64,000 nt of DNA from Phoronis australis (taxonomy: Eukaryota > Animalia > Phoronida): contig NMRA01000433.1 in the NCBI GenBank assembly GCA_002633005.1, positions 288,891-352,890 of the forward strand. The letters run 5' to 3'. The notes under the pieces were generated by a model, which saw nothing but the letters and a program-made list of their open reading frames with translations, did not search any database and was not told the origin of the DNA. Shown here one piece after another: positions 26,051 to 38,326 of the stretch (positions are counted from its first letter, which is position 1; every line of letters starts with the position of its first letter). The translations under genes were made by a program, and so were the position numbers.

Positions 26051-28798
26051 NTTTGCCTGGCTTCAGGCATGTTAAAACGTTCCAAAAAGTGAATGCTAAA
26101 ACTGTGTTCAGCAGGCCTGAAAACAATTCGTGCAATTGAAAATCTAATGTCTTCAATTACAATAACTATATTGATTTTCATGAATGGGAGATAACGGGAT
26201 AGTGTAAACATTTGTCCTCATATTCCGTCAAAATATTGACACCTTTCTTAACGAGCATTGCAGATTAACGACTATTCTTTCCACATTCTGTACATCTATA
26301 ACTCAATAAATATGAAATTGCTGTTTGTTAACCATAAAAAAGTAAGTATAAACACTTCATTTTTCAAGTTAGCCTGCAGGAGCACAAACTTAAGACGCGA
26401 ATTACATTGTATGGTGATGGCGGCACCTAATTTGCATAAATAGTTTTTAGAGTTGCATTTTTTAGTTTTCATAAGTGATGTATGGCTCAAGAAGTACTTA
26501 TAAGAAGTGTACAGGTGATACATTTCACCATTTTAAATGGTATATTGGAATTTCTATTGCAAAAATACATCTGAAATTGACAATTCGGCCGCCATTTTGT
26601 TTATGCTAATTAGATGGTCAAAAATGCAAAATTCGGCTCGGGAACAGGGTTAGTTGAATTCGCCATGCCTTGATTGTGTGAAAAAATCTTGTTCCCAACT
26701 TTTACTAAAAAATGCTTCCAGAACCTTATAGGGGGCCCTTTTCAGGAAATGCGTCTAGACTATATGCTGTGTACCCTTTTGTAAAATTGTGTCGAATCTG
26801 ATGAACCGGTGTGCCGACATAGGGATATCTAGACTTTGCTTTACCGTTTAGGGTGACCTAGATATAGAGTTCCTGGAATTAAACAAGCATAAAACATGTT
26901 ATTTCTAAAAAAGTAAAGTTACGTTAAATAATGTTGAACACCGCAGAGTGTAACACGACAATTTCTGCAATCTGCTGTGTTTTGTTCTGAAATGTGACGT
27001 GAAATTGTTGCAAAAGAACGGCCTTTTTGCCTATATTCGTCCAGGCTTTTGCCAAGGTGCGAGGCTGTACAAAGATGGCGCTACCTGCGCGCCGTTCACT
27101 CTCCTGGCGGAGAAGTGAACTATTCCGTACACCTATACCAACTACTGTATATCGTTGAACGATCGGAAGTTGCCGTACCGAGTTACAGTCAAGCCGCGGA
27201 CGAACGTATATGTGGTCGCAAAACAATGAATATTTATTGACTTTCTAACCGACATGCATGACTAACCTGAACGCATTTGTCCAATCGCATGATATTTCGG
27301 ACGCATGTTCCTTTAGCCCTAACCGTTACGGACGATTAGACCGTGGGAATATCACTTATTTTGTAGCTGAAGCGATTTAAACGCATTGCGTTTCACGCGT
27401 CATGAATTATGCATTACGGCGTTCTATCGTTCAGTGACTTTACCAAACGTAGAGGGTTGTGAGAAAGTGATAACATCTAGCTTCTTTGTTAACTGCCAAG
27501 CAGTCTTGTGGTTGACATGACAACAGGCAGGCCAATTATCTACCAGGCTTATTACAGACCACGTGTGAACACCGTCAAACCCAGAGTGAATTGGTACGTT
27601 CGGAAAGAATAGATTGTCTTAACTTCGGTTGTAGTTGGGCGATTTTGGCGATTCAAAAACTAAAGATGATTAACATTGACGAGAAATTCAGAATTTCTAT
27701 TAGTTTATGTTCAAATATATTTTAACTTAACTTTATTTTTAACAGCACAACCCAGTCAGGTTGGATACGATCTTCTTGGAGATCAGAGCAATTATAGAAC
27801 AAACGAGAACTGGCCCTCTAACCACAAAGGCCAGAATAGAATTCATCAGTCGCGACAACAGGGATCATCTTCCCAACTTGTTGTTGGGGTATAGAATCGA
27901 AGACGTTGGGATCAACAGGAATACGCTGTAATGCGTATAACCTGACCCACATGTACAATATACAGAGCTTTTTACAATGTACCTGATAGACTGAAACGGG
28001 GGTCAACGAGGTTAATTTTATATAATTCAAGCATCTGAATGCTTCTTTCGTCGATTTATTGGTTTTGCAATGATTGATATTGAAATTAAGTGAGATTTTC
28101 CATGCAGTGATTTTGTAACAAACAGATCCATTTCTAAAGGACAAAACAAACTTCGACAAAAGAAGATCGACCACACAATCAGTGAAAGTTAACAAATATT
28201 CCCCTCAAATGAAAAGAATCCTACGTTGACACCGTCACCGGTCGAGATTGAGCAACTCGACCGGTTTACGTACCTCGAAATCTGCCACATTGCTGAAAGC
28301 AATTAATTACATCGCCTCACTGGGTTGCTGATGTTATCGTTCTCTAAATAATGAACACTTAGTATTTTCAAATTTTCTTTTTGAAAGTTTTTAAATAACG
28401 CATTTGAATAAATCGTGAATGTTTGAAAATCGGACAAGAAATTGGACTTTCAAAACATGAATCTGGTTTACAATGCTGCGCAACATAATTGGACCAATTA
28501 CCAAATCACCAAGCACAAGTTGGACGTTGACGTACGCCAAGTGTCATCGTGCTGTTCTTGGCATGACCCACATCACCCATGTGACCCATTTCCCCATAAT
28601 GACCAAAAGGCGGAAATATGCAATCGTGCTCCTTCCAATGTCTCCCGCAAAACGGGAGCCATGATTCCAAGGTTCTGGAACCTTGAGTGTGTTTCACGGC
28701 AGTGAAACGGGTGGGTTTCTCTATGATTTTGTCGGCAGTAAGACTCCACCTTTTATATCGCATGATATGTTGGACTGCACAAGAACTAGGCTATCACA

Positions 28799-30127
28799 TA
28801 TGAAGCGTCAACGGGTTTTTAAACGAATACCTTTGTGCGCGTTGAAATGTGCTTATTCAACGCGCACTTTTGCTTAATCAACACATAGTATTAATTATTC
28901 AACGCGGTGATATGGTTCTAAAAGTATGTATTACCTTTATGTTCTTATTCACTGATCAGAAATGCTTATTGAGCGCGTACTTTTCATCGATTTATATACA
29001 GTGTAGTCCAATCACGTCCGTGTTCTCAAATGTCAAAATGGCGGAAGACTTCTTACGTGCGTGCAAGGCCATTTTCGGAGATGGTGCTCCACCACGGCCA
29101 ATTTCTCAGTGCTGCCTCCTCGCGGCAGTACGTTAACTGAGAATTTGATTGGTTACATCGAATAACTAATTCAGTGGGATGAATAAATATAGATTATTAT
29201 ATGGCGAAGTTGTTATTCCCCAGTTGATTCTGGAGAATTATAATTCTACAACATTCACGAGGGCTCTAGATAAGCTTGAAAACGACTGAGAACTTGTAAT
29301 AATCTATTCCACATACTGAACGAGAAACATTGCAATGAATCGATCTAGCTTTCTCGACTGGCCTCGGCTTTGTAACTACTTTCTGTGTCAGAGGCCTGGG
29401 GTCGGAGCTCGTGACCTATTAAGAAACGCCGAATTATTTTTGTTAAAACAATGTTTCTTTACTCAAAACCAAGCAGAAATAAAATGAATCTATAAAATAC
29501 GCTTTAAGCAACTAGTCTAGCTTACTACACATTTTATCATGGTAATCTTTGAGCATTAAAATATCGTCTGCTAATATAGGTTACCACTGGTTACTGAGTA
29601 TAATTCCCAAGTCAAAGGATCCCGACGAAACGTTAGCTGCATTCGAACTGGAGATCGATGAGAGAAAAAGTGAGATGAATTTTACTGAATTAATGGTGTC
29701 GTTTTTATTGAAGTTGTGTGTCTTATTTTTCGTAGCGTATCAATGTCGTTACAATGCCATTTGTTAAACATGCGATTATTGGGCATGTTCATTTAAGTAT
29801 CACTTCTGCTGCTTTGTGACGACTCGAAACTCTTGCAAAGCGGGTTTGAAACCGGCTTTGGGTTTCCGCCAAAATGTAATTCAACGCGAGTTGGATAACT
29901 AAATGGGTTATTTAACGGCCACGTCGGGCTGATAATGTGGTATAAGTAATACTACGCGTTGATTAAGAAACAGTGTGCAGTGCAGAATAAGAACAGAAAG
30001 ATAATGGTTTAAGAACTAATTCAGTGCGTTGATTAAGCAATGCTGCGTTGATTAAACGACAGTACGCGTTTAGTAGGAATATTTCAAAGCGCAAGATACT
30101 CGTTTAAGAACCCTTTACCGCTCCATA
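28799..30127. mobile_element. Old element with long (about 190 bp) degenerate terminal inverted repeats
   Basis: TATGAAGCGTCAACGGGTTTTTAAACG... vs ...CGTTTAAGAACCCTTTACCGCTCCATA; arms are rich in TCAACGCG/CGCGTTGA units. Confidence 0.55.
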
Positions 30128-31442
30128 GCCACCAGCCTGCGAGTCGGCCCCTGACATTACTTGTTGTTCACACTTGAACATGCATGTACTTTGGTTATGC
30201 TAGGCAAATGGTATACAAGCTCGTTTATCATCACGTTTTCCCCCCAACTGTTTTCTAATATGCATTAGACATCTCTAGGTCACAACAAAGGTGTCACGCT
30301 GATACCGTGGGATCGTCGTGGCCTGTCTCGAATGAAAGAGTTGCGAGGGATAAAATATGTCAACGTGACAACAAACACGCCTCGACTTAATTCCCACGCA
30401 GCCGAGCGCGAGTGAATGTTTGAAGGTAAGTTGTCCCCATGAACTACAAAAATGACACCGGTAGCATATTCATTAACAGAACTTCAACTTTTGTACAGCA
30501 GTGCATTTTTGTCGAGGGACTGAAAGCGCCATGCCACCACATCAAAACCCCTAAGTTTCAATCGCTGCTGTTCTCAAGGCTGATCTATTGTTAAAGTTGG
30601 CGAGGCATGAAATAAGGCCGCGGATTGTATCTAGTCATGATAATGGAAAATAAATTTATCCTAATTAATGTAACATTCAAAACTAAAATTTCGCGAAAAT
30701 AACAACAATTTTAAGTGGCCCGTTGGCCTGAGTTATGTAATCACAGTGGGTCAATGAAATTACATTTGTACCACTGACGAGGGGCTTGCTAAAATTTTCC
30801 TGATATTTCTCGATGCTTTAAACGGTAACGACTTCCTCTCAGACTACGGTGAACTTCGTTGCATTTCGAACGCAGCGTGTTAGAAAATGTAAAACTTTGC
30901 GTGACGCATTGCAACCGAAAATGAAGAAATCATTCCTCGCTGTTGGCACTAACTTGTACTTTGCAGCTACCGATGAATAAATCTAGGCGAAATTCTAAGC
31001 ATTATTGTGGCAATGTAGAAAGCTTTTGAAAATCAGAATATAATGTTTTTAACAATTGTTCGAATTGAAATCATGTTTACTCAACGACTCTATATTTGAA
31101 ATCATCCAGTTTGTTACGTGTTGGTTAAAAATAACAATAAATTCAAATTACTATATGACGGTACCATGTAACCAGAACGTTTCTATTTGTTTTTGATTAT
31201 AACTTCATCCCCCAAATTTGCCCAAAATTCGGATTCATAGAACCACTGACGATGATATAAGGTTTCCACGTGTCCAGTACTTGTTTTTCAAGGGTCACGA
31301 CCGCTACTATGTTTGCCTTTGAAAACATTCTTCAGCATCAAGCTTGTCAAGGTTGGGCAACTGTTTTGTTAGCCTATAAGACTAGCATTCTGGCCAAGTT
31401 TCATTAAATCAACATCTATTAAACGCAAGCGGGACAATAGTT

Positions 31443-31513
31443 TGACGTGATGAGTTCGTTCGTCCCTTGAATGTAGCGAAACAGTCGAACCGGAACCAAG
31501 ACGCTCTATATAA
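31443..31513 (+). promoter_or_regulatory. Core promoter of the cystine-knot gene: TATA box plus CRE/ATF-like site
   Basis: TATATAA at 31507-31513, about 60 nt before the ATG; TGACGTGA at 31443-31450. Confidence 0.55.
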
Positions 31514-31573
31514 TGACAAGCAATGACGAGTACGAAGTATTCTGATCCAGACGTCAGACGCCAGTAGAACATC

Positions 31574-34500
31574 ATGAAGCTGGTAAGTGACTAGTGGCCG
31601 ACACGGATTTGTGCGGTTTACGTGTGAAAGTACACAGCAAATAGGAGCACTTTAAAGGGTTAGCAGAACAAAATGTTTAAATTGAACAACACTTCGGGAA
31701 CACGCGTTTTCAGTGGCTGTATTTACATGATGCACCACGTGACTATATGAGATATTAGAAAAAGAAAATCTAATAGCAAAGGCATTAAACTTTTTCAGTT
31801 GTTTCACATATATTTTATTTTTATTGGTTTATTGATGATTAGATACAATATTATATTTTTCTTTATTCATGACAGTTAAAAAAGTAAAGAGTTTTATCGG
31901 TATGAATTAAGACAAAGCAAAACTAGCAAACACGTCGACTCAAATTTTGTGTCCTTAACCACGCCTTCCAAAAATGTTTAATTGCCAATATTAAGCCCAG
32001 AATAAGGAACAGCGTCCTCGCTAACTGTGATTACTATATAGAAAGTCTCCTAGAACTGGAGTAACGGTGTTGGCATAAATAATCAAATTGTTTTCACACA
32101 TTCTACTGAAAACATTTTGGATGTGCCTTTCCCGTAGTGGAGTTAATTTAAGTGGATCAAAATGTTTGCAGCATATCAGTTTATGTTTATCGCTTAACAT
32201 TTTTTGTCATTTTGCCATTAACCTGCGTTTTATCAAGATAGCTAAAACGTATTTTTTGTTAACATTTCCAGTTCGCATTGTCTGCTCTTCTCGCTTGCTC
32301 CATCGTGCTTCTGCGTGCTGAAGATGTCGCCAGTGACGAAATGGATAATGCCGATGACGTTGCTGCAGACTTCAGCGAGCGCTCAGCTGAAGAAAATCAA
32401 CTAAGCGAAGACTTGGACGCCCGTTCACTGGAAGATGACAGTGAAGCAGACGACCAATCAGACTTAGTCGAACGCTCTGAGGGTGAAGACGAGGCCGACG
32501 AAAAGGGGGCCGACGACGGCCAAGTCGATGAACAGCAGAGATTCCTGTTCTCGAACAAGAAATGCAAAACAGTCACGAGATTTATTCGGTTTGTCAGACG
32601 CGGACGCAACTTTTACAAACTCACCAGGCCCGTCTGGAGTAGACGATGCCAAAAACCAGGGTAGGTGAACATTTTTTCTGTGAACAACAAACTTCTTTCC
32701 AAGTGAACAGCACACAAATAAAATGGAGACACTTGTCATTCTGACGAGAATGATATACAATAAAATATTAAACGTATTACAGAATGATAATAGAAAAGCT
32801 AATGAAAAAATAAAGAATAGTAAAAACATAATCCTTTCATCACTTGTCATTCTGCTGAGAATATTTAGCATTATTATAGAGTAATAATTGAAAACCAACA
32901 AAATAATCTCAATTCCTTAATTAAACAGAAGAGGATTTTTTTGCGCTTTTCTTATGTTCCACTTGTTGAAACTACAGCACAGTTCATTCGATTTCTGTAC
33001 AGTGATGCCATCAACTGCTCAGACAGTTAAAGGAGCATGCCACCCAAAGACAACCTATTTTGTATCAATTTAGATACAGTAGTTCTACTCGATAATGGCA
33101 CGTTCGGTTGCGTTACCTGAAACCTGACGGCAGACAGAGGTGTTGAAATTATCCAAAGACGTTATTGGTTTCACACGCAGTCTCTTCAGCAGTTCACAAC
33201 AAGGGTTACTGGTGTCAGCTTATCGCTTTAATCCATCGTTTAACACCAATATATCATCAAACCTCGATGTAAAACCCTTAAAAATACACCGAGTTCTTAT
33301 ACAAACGTCTTGTTTTATTTTGCTGTTACGGATTAATTGGTATTTGGACACACCGTAGCCTATAAAGTTCGGCAGATCAATTTTCCAAGGTCCGTAGCAG
33401 GAGTTTGCCAGTGGGGTCTGTTCGGAGATAGTTCGAAGTATTCTTCATTGAAATACAGACAGGAGAACCTGTAGATCTGTGTTGTTAAGACTTGTGATTT
33501 TTTTTAGTTCTAAACACACAACACGCTTGTTATCCCGGCCAGTGGCTCGGAACCCATTCAGGCCCATCGCGACCGGACTGACTAGTTATGCCGGCCAGTG
33601 GCTCGGAACCCGATAAGGCCCGTCGCAGCCGCCGGGACTGGCACGAACATAAACCAGCTCGAGTTAGAAACTAAACCTCCAGCCACGAAAAGACTATAAT
33701 AGTGAGCCAAATAAATAATGTGCACGTAATTATTTATGTGAATTAGCTACGAAACTGAAAATCTGCTTACTTGTCGGGGGCCGCAAAGTCAGGTTCCCTT
33801 TCCACAGACCGTCAGGGCAAAGGTTGTACAGTAACAATGATTTGAATAATGTATTTGTATTTCTAAATAAAGATTCCCCTAACATGTGACCATAGCATAT
33901 AAAATCGAGTTATTGTTTCACAACAGTTTTCTGTCAGTAAACACTGAATTAGCATGCGCTCACACGGCCTCGGTGCCCGGTCAATTACCTTTATTGCCTG
34001 CATCAAAAGCCGGTAACGCAGTGGTTTATTCATTGCTGGCTTCTCAACATTTGCACTTACGAATACTGCAAAGGCATTACAAATTGTACCTAATGAGACA
34101 GACTTTGTTTAAGTTCTATATAAGTATTGGTTAGGATGAGAATAATTCATTTTGAAACAAAGCGCAAAAAATAAACCTCTACATGACAACTCGTCTGGCG
34201 CCAATCCCGACTTAGTCAAGAGCTCATCAGACGAAGATTTGACGGTCGGATCGTTAGATTTCAAAGGCTATCAATTCGAACCAGAATACTCTGCCCAAGA
34301 AATACTAGAGGGGCGCCGTGAACATGCACAGGCACGGAAAGTATGGATAGTTCTTTGGTAAGCCAGAATTCGTCAGGGAAATCACTGTCGACGAAATGCC
34401 GGCCACAGACACGGATATGTTTCAGGGCCTCATATTTGTTATGAACAGCGTACCTTTCATTCTTCACTACCGCGAGCCACTTCCTAAGCATTTCGAGCTC

Positions 34501-35029
34501 TCGAGGAAGTCGAAAAAACGATATACCCGCTTTCTTCGCAGCTTCATAGTTCGGACAAGCGGGAACGATGCACCGCAATACAGCGGCATTCACTCTGCAG
34601 ACGAACCACTGACGTCGCTGCGTCGTTTCGCACCTTCCTTATGGGTTAACGCGACACCTCTCGGCAAGGTGAGGTCGACCGTATAAGAGGCGATGTGGAT
34701 ACAGACTGATTAAGACGGCAAAAGACTAATTTAATCGGGTGGCAATCTCCTTTAAGTTTATGAAACAAATTTTACATTTTGTTTTGGTAGCTCTATATTG
34801 GCATATGAAAATCAGATGCACAACGCAAAACATTTCATTGCTGAGCATGAACAATGGTTCATATTTTTGTTATTGTACTTACAGAGACACCTGTGGGAAA
34901 TTTAGAATATTCAATCGGCCTCGTTGCCGCACCGACAAGAGGAGTATCATCAGATTGGCCAGGACTCAGTGGACTTGCAAACTCGCGAAAGTGAGAGTCC
35001 ATTTCTACGTTTGCTCCTGCCGCCGCTAA
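31574..35029 (+). CDS. Secreted prepro-protein, 180 aa: signal peptide, acidic propeptide, polycationic cystine-knot (Spaetzle-like) mature domain
   Basis: Exon 1 31574-31582 (ATG AAG CTG/gtaagt); exon 2 32272-32660 (tttccag acceptor, GG/gtaggt phase-2 donor); exon 3 34885-35029 (cttacag acceptor, phase 2, TAA). Total 543 nt with an open frame. Signal MKLFALSALLACSIVLLRA; propeptide EDVASD...VDEQQR; mature FLFSNKKCKTVTRFIRFVRRGRNFYKLTRPVWSRRCQKPGDTCGKFRIFNRPRCRTDKRSIIRLARTQWTCKLAKVRVHFYVCSCRR. Confidence 0.82.
33031..34751 (-). mobile_element. Non-autonomous Kolobok-type DNA transposon carrying a THAP domain, inside intron 2 of the cystine-knot gene
   Basis: TTAA on both sides (33027-33030, 34752-34755). 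15-bp TIR AGGAGCATGCCACCC / GGGTGGCAATCTCCT. THAP frame 34261-34593 (CIVPAC...FFRLP...WL...VCGRHF) has no in-frame ATG. Confidence 0.8.
33528..33640 (+). repeat. Two-unit 57-bp GC-rich tandem repeat inside the Kolobok element
   Basis: GTTAT(C/G)CCGGCCAGTGGCTCGGAACCC...AGGCCC(A/G)TCGC repeated at 33528 and 33585. Confidence 0.7.
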
Positions 35030-38000
35030 GGAACCACAGTCAGTTGGCGCGTAGTACTGCACACCGAAATCTAGTATTTTTCCCACATGTAGATAGGCCA
35101 CGGTTAGTCTTACAGCTCTTTAAAAACAAGTCTTCTACTCGGCCGACGACAAAAACTGCAGCCAATATTCTACTTAATCCACTATCTTACACATTTAATT
35201 GGACTAAGAATTGTTTCTACCGAGAGCTTCTAAATGAATACTTGTAAACACTTAGACGATTTTGAAAATGTTGAATCATAAACACCTTAAATTGTTTCAA
35301 GTTCTGACGATTTGCTTGTTATACAAATGCTGTAACTTGGATCTGAAACAGGAGCTGTAAACGTGTTAATAAAGTTAATTAGCAATTTGAGACTTGTTTT
35401 TATTCAGCGCCAACACCACGTGTTGTATTGTCCCAGCTACAGGAAATTATCCCAGAAGGCCAAATGAGCATAATTTGGTCTGACTGTTTTTTTTTGTTGT
35501 AAATCGGGTCGGAGGTACAATATGTTTAGTTACTCTTTTTTTTTTAAATCCACCCGCCACGAGTATAATATACAGGCTGTGGTATACCAGTTTCGGGTGA
35601 GAGGAGGTCAGTTGGCCGTCAGTCGCACCAGAGTTCCGACACATGACAGCGTTTTCCCGTGTGACTTTACCAGACGAAGGGGGTTCTGAGCGAGTGATAA
35701 CATCTAGCTTCTTTGTTAACTGCCAAGCACAGTCTTCTGTCTGTTATGACAACAGGCACGCTAATTATCTACCAGCTTTATTACAGACAACGCATGAACA
35801 CAGTCAAACCCAGAGTGAATTGGTACATTCGGAAGGAATAGATTACAATGTATCGTCACTTCAATTGCAGTTGGGCGATTTTGGCGATTCAAAAATTAAA
35901 CATGATCACCATTTGACGAGGATTTCAGAAATGATACTGGTTTATGTTCAATTATGTTATAACTTACTCAGTATAGTTTTTGATCAATAAAATTTCTTAG
36001 CCAACACTCGTGCATTTTCCGCGACGACCGCCCGAGAAGAATAGACTTAGACACAATGCAGACAATCCATGACCATGCAAGACTTCAATAAAATAAGAAT
36101 TTAACTACTTTGCTGGTAAGAGGCATATCTTGAGCTGCGTGCACTGGCAAGCCGTCACACACTGCGATCAAGATACCCCTAGCTGTATCCTAGTACACTG
36201 AATATTAGATTGCTGCTTATAATGCATGGGCGTATAGAGAAAGCACTTTAAATTGCGTTTTGCCAGAATGATACCAATTTCACCCTCCTCCTAACAGCCT
36301 CCTATTTTTAAGCCCATCCCCGGCCTAAGGTCTACCACTTTCAAACCCTCCCGGTCAACGTCACTTTCATCCCGCCTGTTCCCCTGGCCGCCATTAATTT
36401 ACGAAACTCCGATCGCCACCGTTTTCAGTCCCCCTTCATCCCCCCTCCCTCGGTCGCCGCCGATTTCATTCCCTTCTTCTGTGTCGTCCCGTATTTTACC
36501 ATCCAATTGCTATCAGCCAGTTGTTTTGTCTGAATTCTCCATAGTTATTGCCCAAAACACGCCGCTGTTTCGATGTACATTTTCACTGATTATCATACAT
36601 GTACGGAACATGACGGCAACATCCCGTTGCTCCCAACTTGTTCGATTCTATAGCCCAACAACTTGGGAAGTTTACCCCCGTAGCCAATATCTTACACAAC
36701 TGATTAACTCCATTCTGGCAATTGTCTTGAGGATATGAATCACGTATCTGGGGAAATGCATGTGTGCTCCAAGCCGACTGCTTCAAAGAAAGAAAGAACA
36801 CCTACTAAAAATTAAATCTGCACATTCTAAATGAATATTTCACATTGTACATGATGCTAAGTTTGTGGAATACTGTATGTTACGGTCGAACATACACTGG
36901 TAATGTTGCTCGTTTTGTGGAATAGGTACATGAAAGTTTTAAAATACTAATGGAGTAGCACGTGTTTCGTCAAGAATTGCAATTTGCAAAACATTTCATA
37001 ATCAGTATGTGTTTGTCATCTTTCGTGCTATTTAGTTAGCGAGCGCACTTTCGAACATCCAAATTTGGGAATTGAAAGTAAACCAACTCGATAGCGTAAA
37101 TTCTAATGATTATTTATATTTCAAGAGAAAAAGTAGAGTTATTGAATCTTTTTTGGTTTTGTGCCAAGACACTTCCGATTTGACTGAAACATCCCCCGCA
37201 GGCCAAAACTTGAGCACTGTTGAGCCCCGGGCCAGTCATAGGAATCCTATATGATAAATGGAAACCAAAAGTGCCTAGTTACCTATTCTGACACATAACT
37301 TTATTTTCTGACAGACGCAACATGATATGACAATCAGTACTCTACCACGCCGTATTTACTGTATTTTAGTATTGTGTTTGAAGCATTGTTGGCCGATAAC
37401 CTCGATTATTAATAAACGAACTACACACTCATGACACATGAGCGTCCCAGGGCGGCCGGTTTTAATGTTAATAGTAAACAAAATATGTTCAGAAAAGTCT
37501 CTTGTTCAAAATCAGATCTCAATGATAAATCTCAAATCTATCAAACCGACAAATCAAAGCTTAATTAACCAAATCACACGAGCATGACTTGTTTGTGTGT
37601 GCGTGTGTGTGTGAAATGACACCTTAACCGAGAAAGGAATGCAGTGACTCACCAATCCTATTGAGATATTCAACAACTTAAAATGGCAAACATGTTATTT
37701 CTTTTCTAAGACTTCACGATTCACACGAAGTAAAAAACTGGCACGATTCCGCGAAGTCCGGGAGTCCTGTTTACAGGTGTCCATGTACTGTCGTGTTTGT
37801 TTCAAAGGAGACGTGCTTCAGGGGTGCGCCTTTAAGCCGTAATGTATGAGCGCGAGGTCGTCTTTGCGAGTTAGTGCAATAATTTCACAGATCTGTGAGC
37901 ATTGTTCATGAAATTTCACCTATGATCAGAGCCAAGACGTGGTTATAACTAAGAGTACAATGCAACAATGCCGTTTTCTTGAACAGATTTTATATCGATC

Positions 38001-38326
38001 GTTAGAAAGTCTTGCAAGAATAAACAAGACCGGAAGGGTGTCCATATTAGGCAAGTACCTAGTACCCTAAAAGCTAGACGGTTCCAATTACGTGTGTTCT
38101 GGTTCATGATTGGATATAGAAATGGCGTCGGGTATCTTAGCAACGAAGGTTGTCCCACCCATGAGGGTACAGATTGGTCCATGGGATCAGCGAATATTTT
38201 TGAAACTTACCTGCCGCGCGGTTGAGCTTTCACAAGTAATTTTTGAGGCTTGATGATAGGGGGCTGGGGTGCTGTAGCCCGGCCCCCACTTATTTCAGGG
38301 CTTCGCCACCCATGCATGCTTAAAAA

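Larger units (their letters stand above)
24445..27492 (+). repeat. Near-identical direct duplication of about 1.44 kb (24445-25888 and 26052-27492) across a single-N join
   Basis: Copies are colinear with scattered SNPs, and the second starts immediately after the N at 26051. Confidence 0.9.

Noticed and set aside
32542-32664. Reading exon 2 through to TAG gives a 40-aa, 2-Cys, +13 arenicin-like hairpin ending in an amidation Gly
   Set aside because: The TAG lies inside a GG/GTAGGT donor. A phase-matched exon at 34885 has the same cationic composition and completes a cystine knot. It remains possible only as an intron-retention isoform.
34261-34593. THAP ORF as a host transcription-factor gene
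   Set aside because: No in-frame ATG, it sits inside TIRs with a TTAA TSD, and the C-terminus is frameshifted between copies.
36001-37416. Alternative phase-2 terminal exons at 36001 (GQHSCIFRDD...) and 37315 (GRNMI-stop, AATAAA at 37411)
   Set aside because: They lie beyond the better exon at 34885 and are absent from the duplicate copy. At most they are 3' UTR exons.
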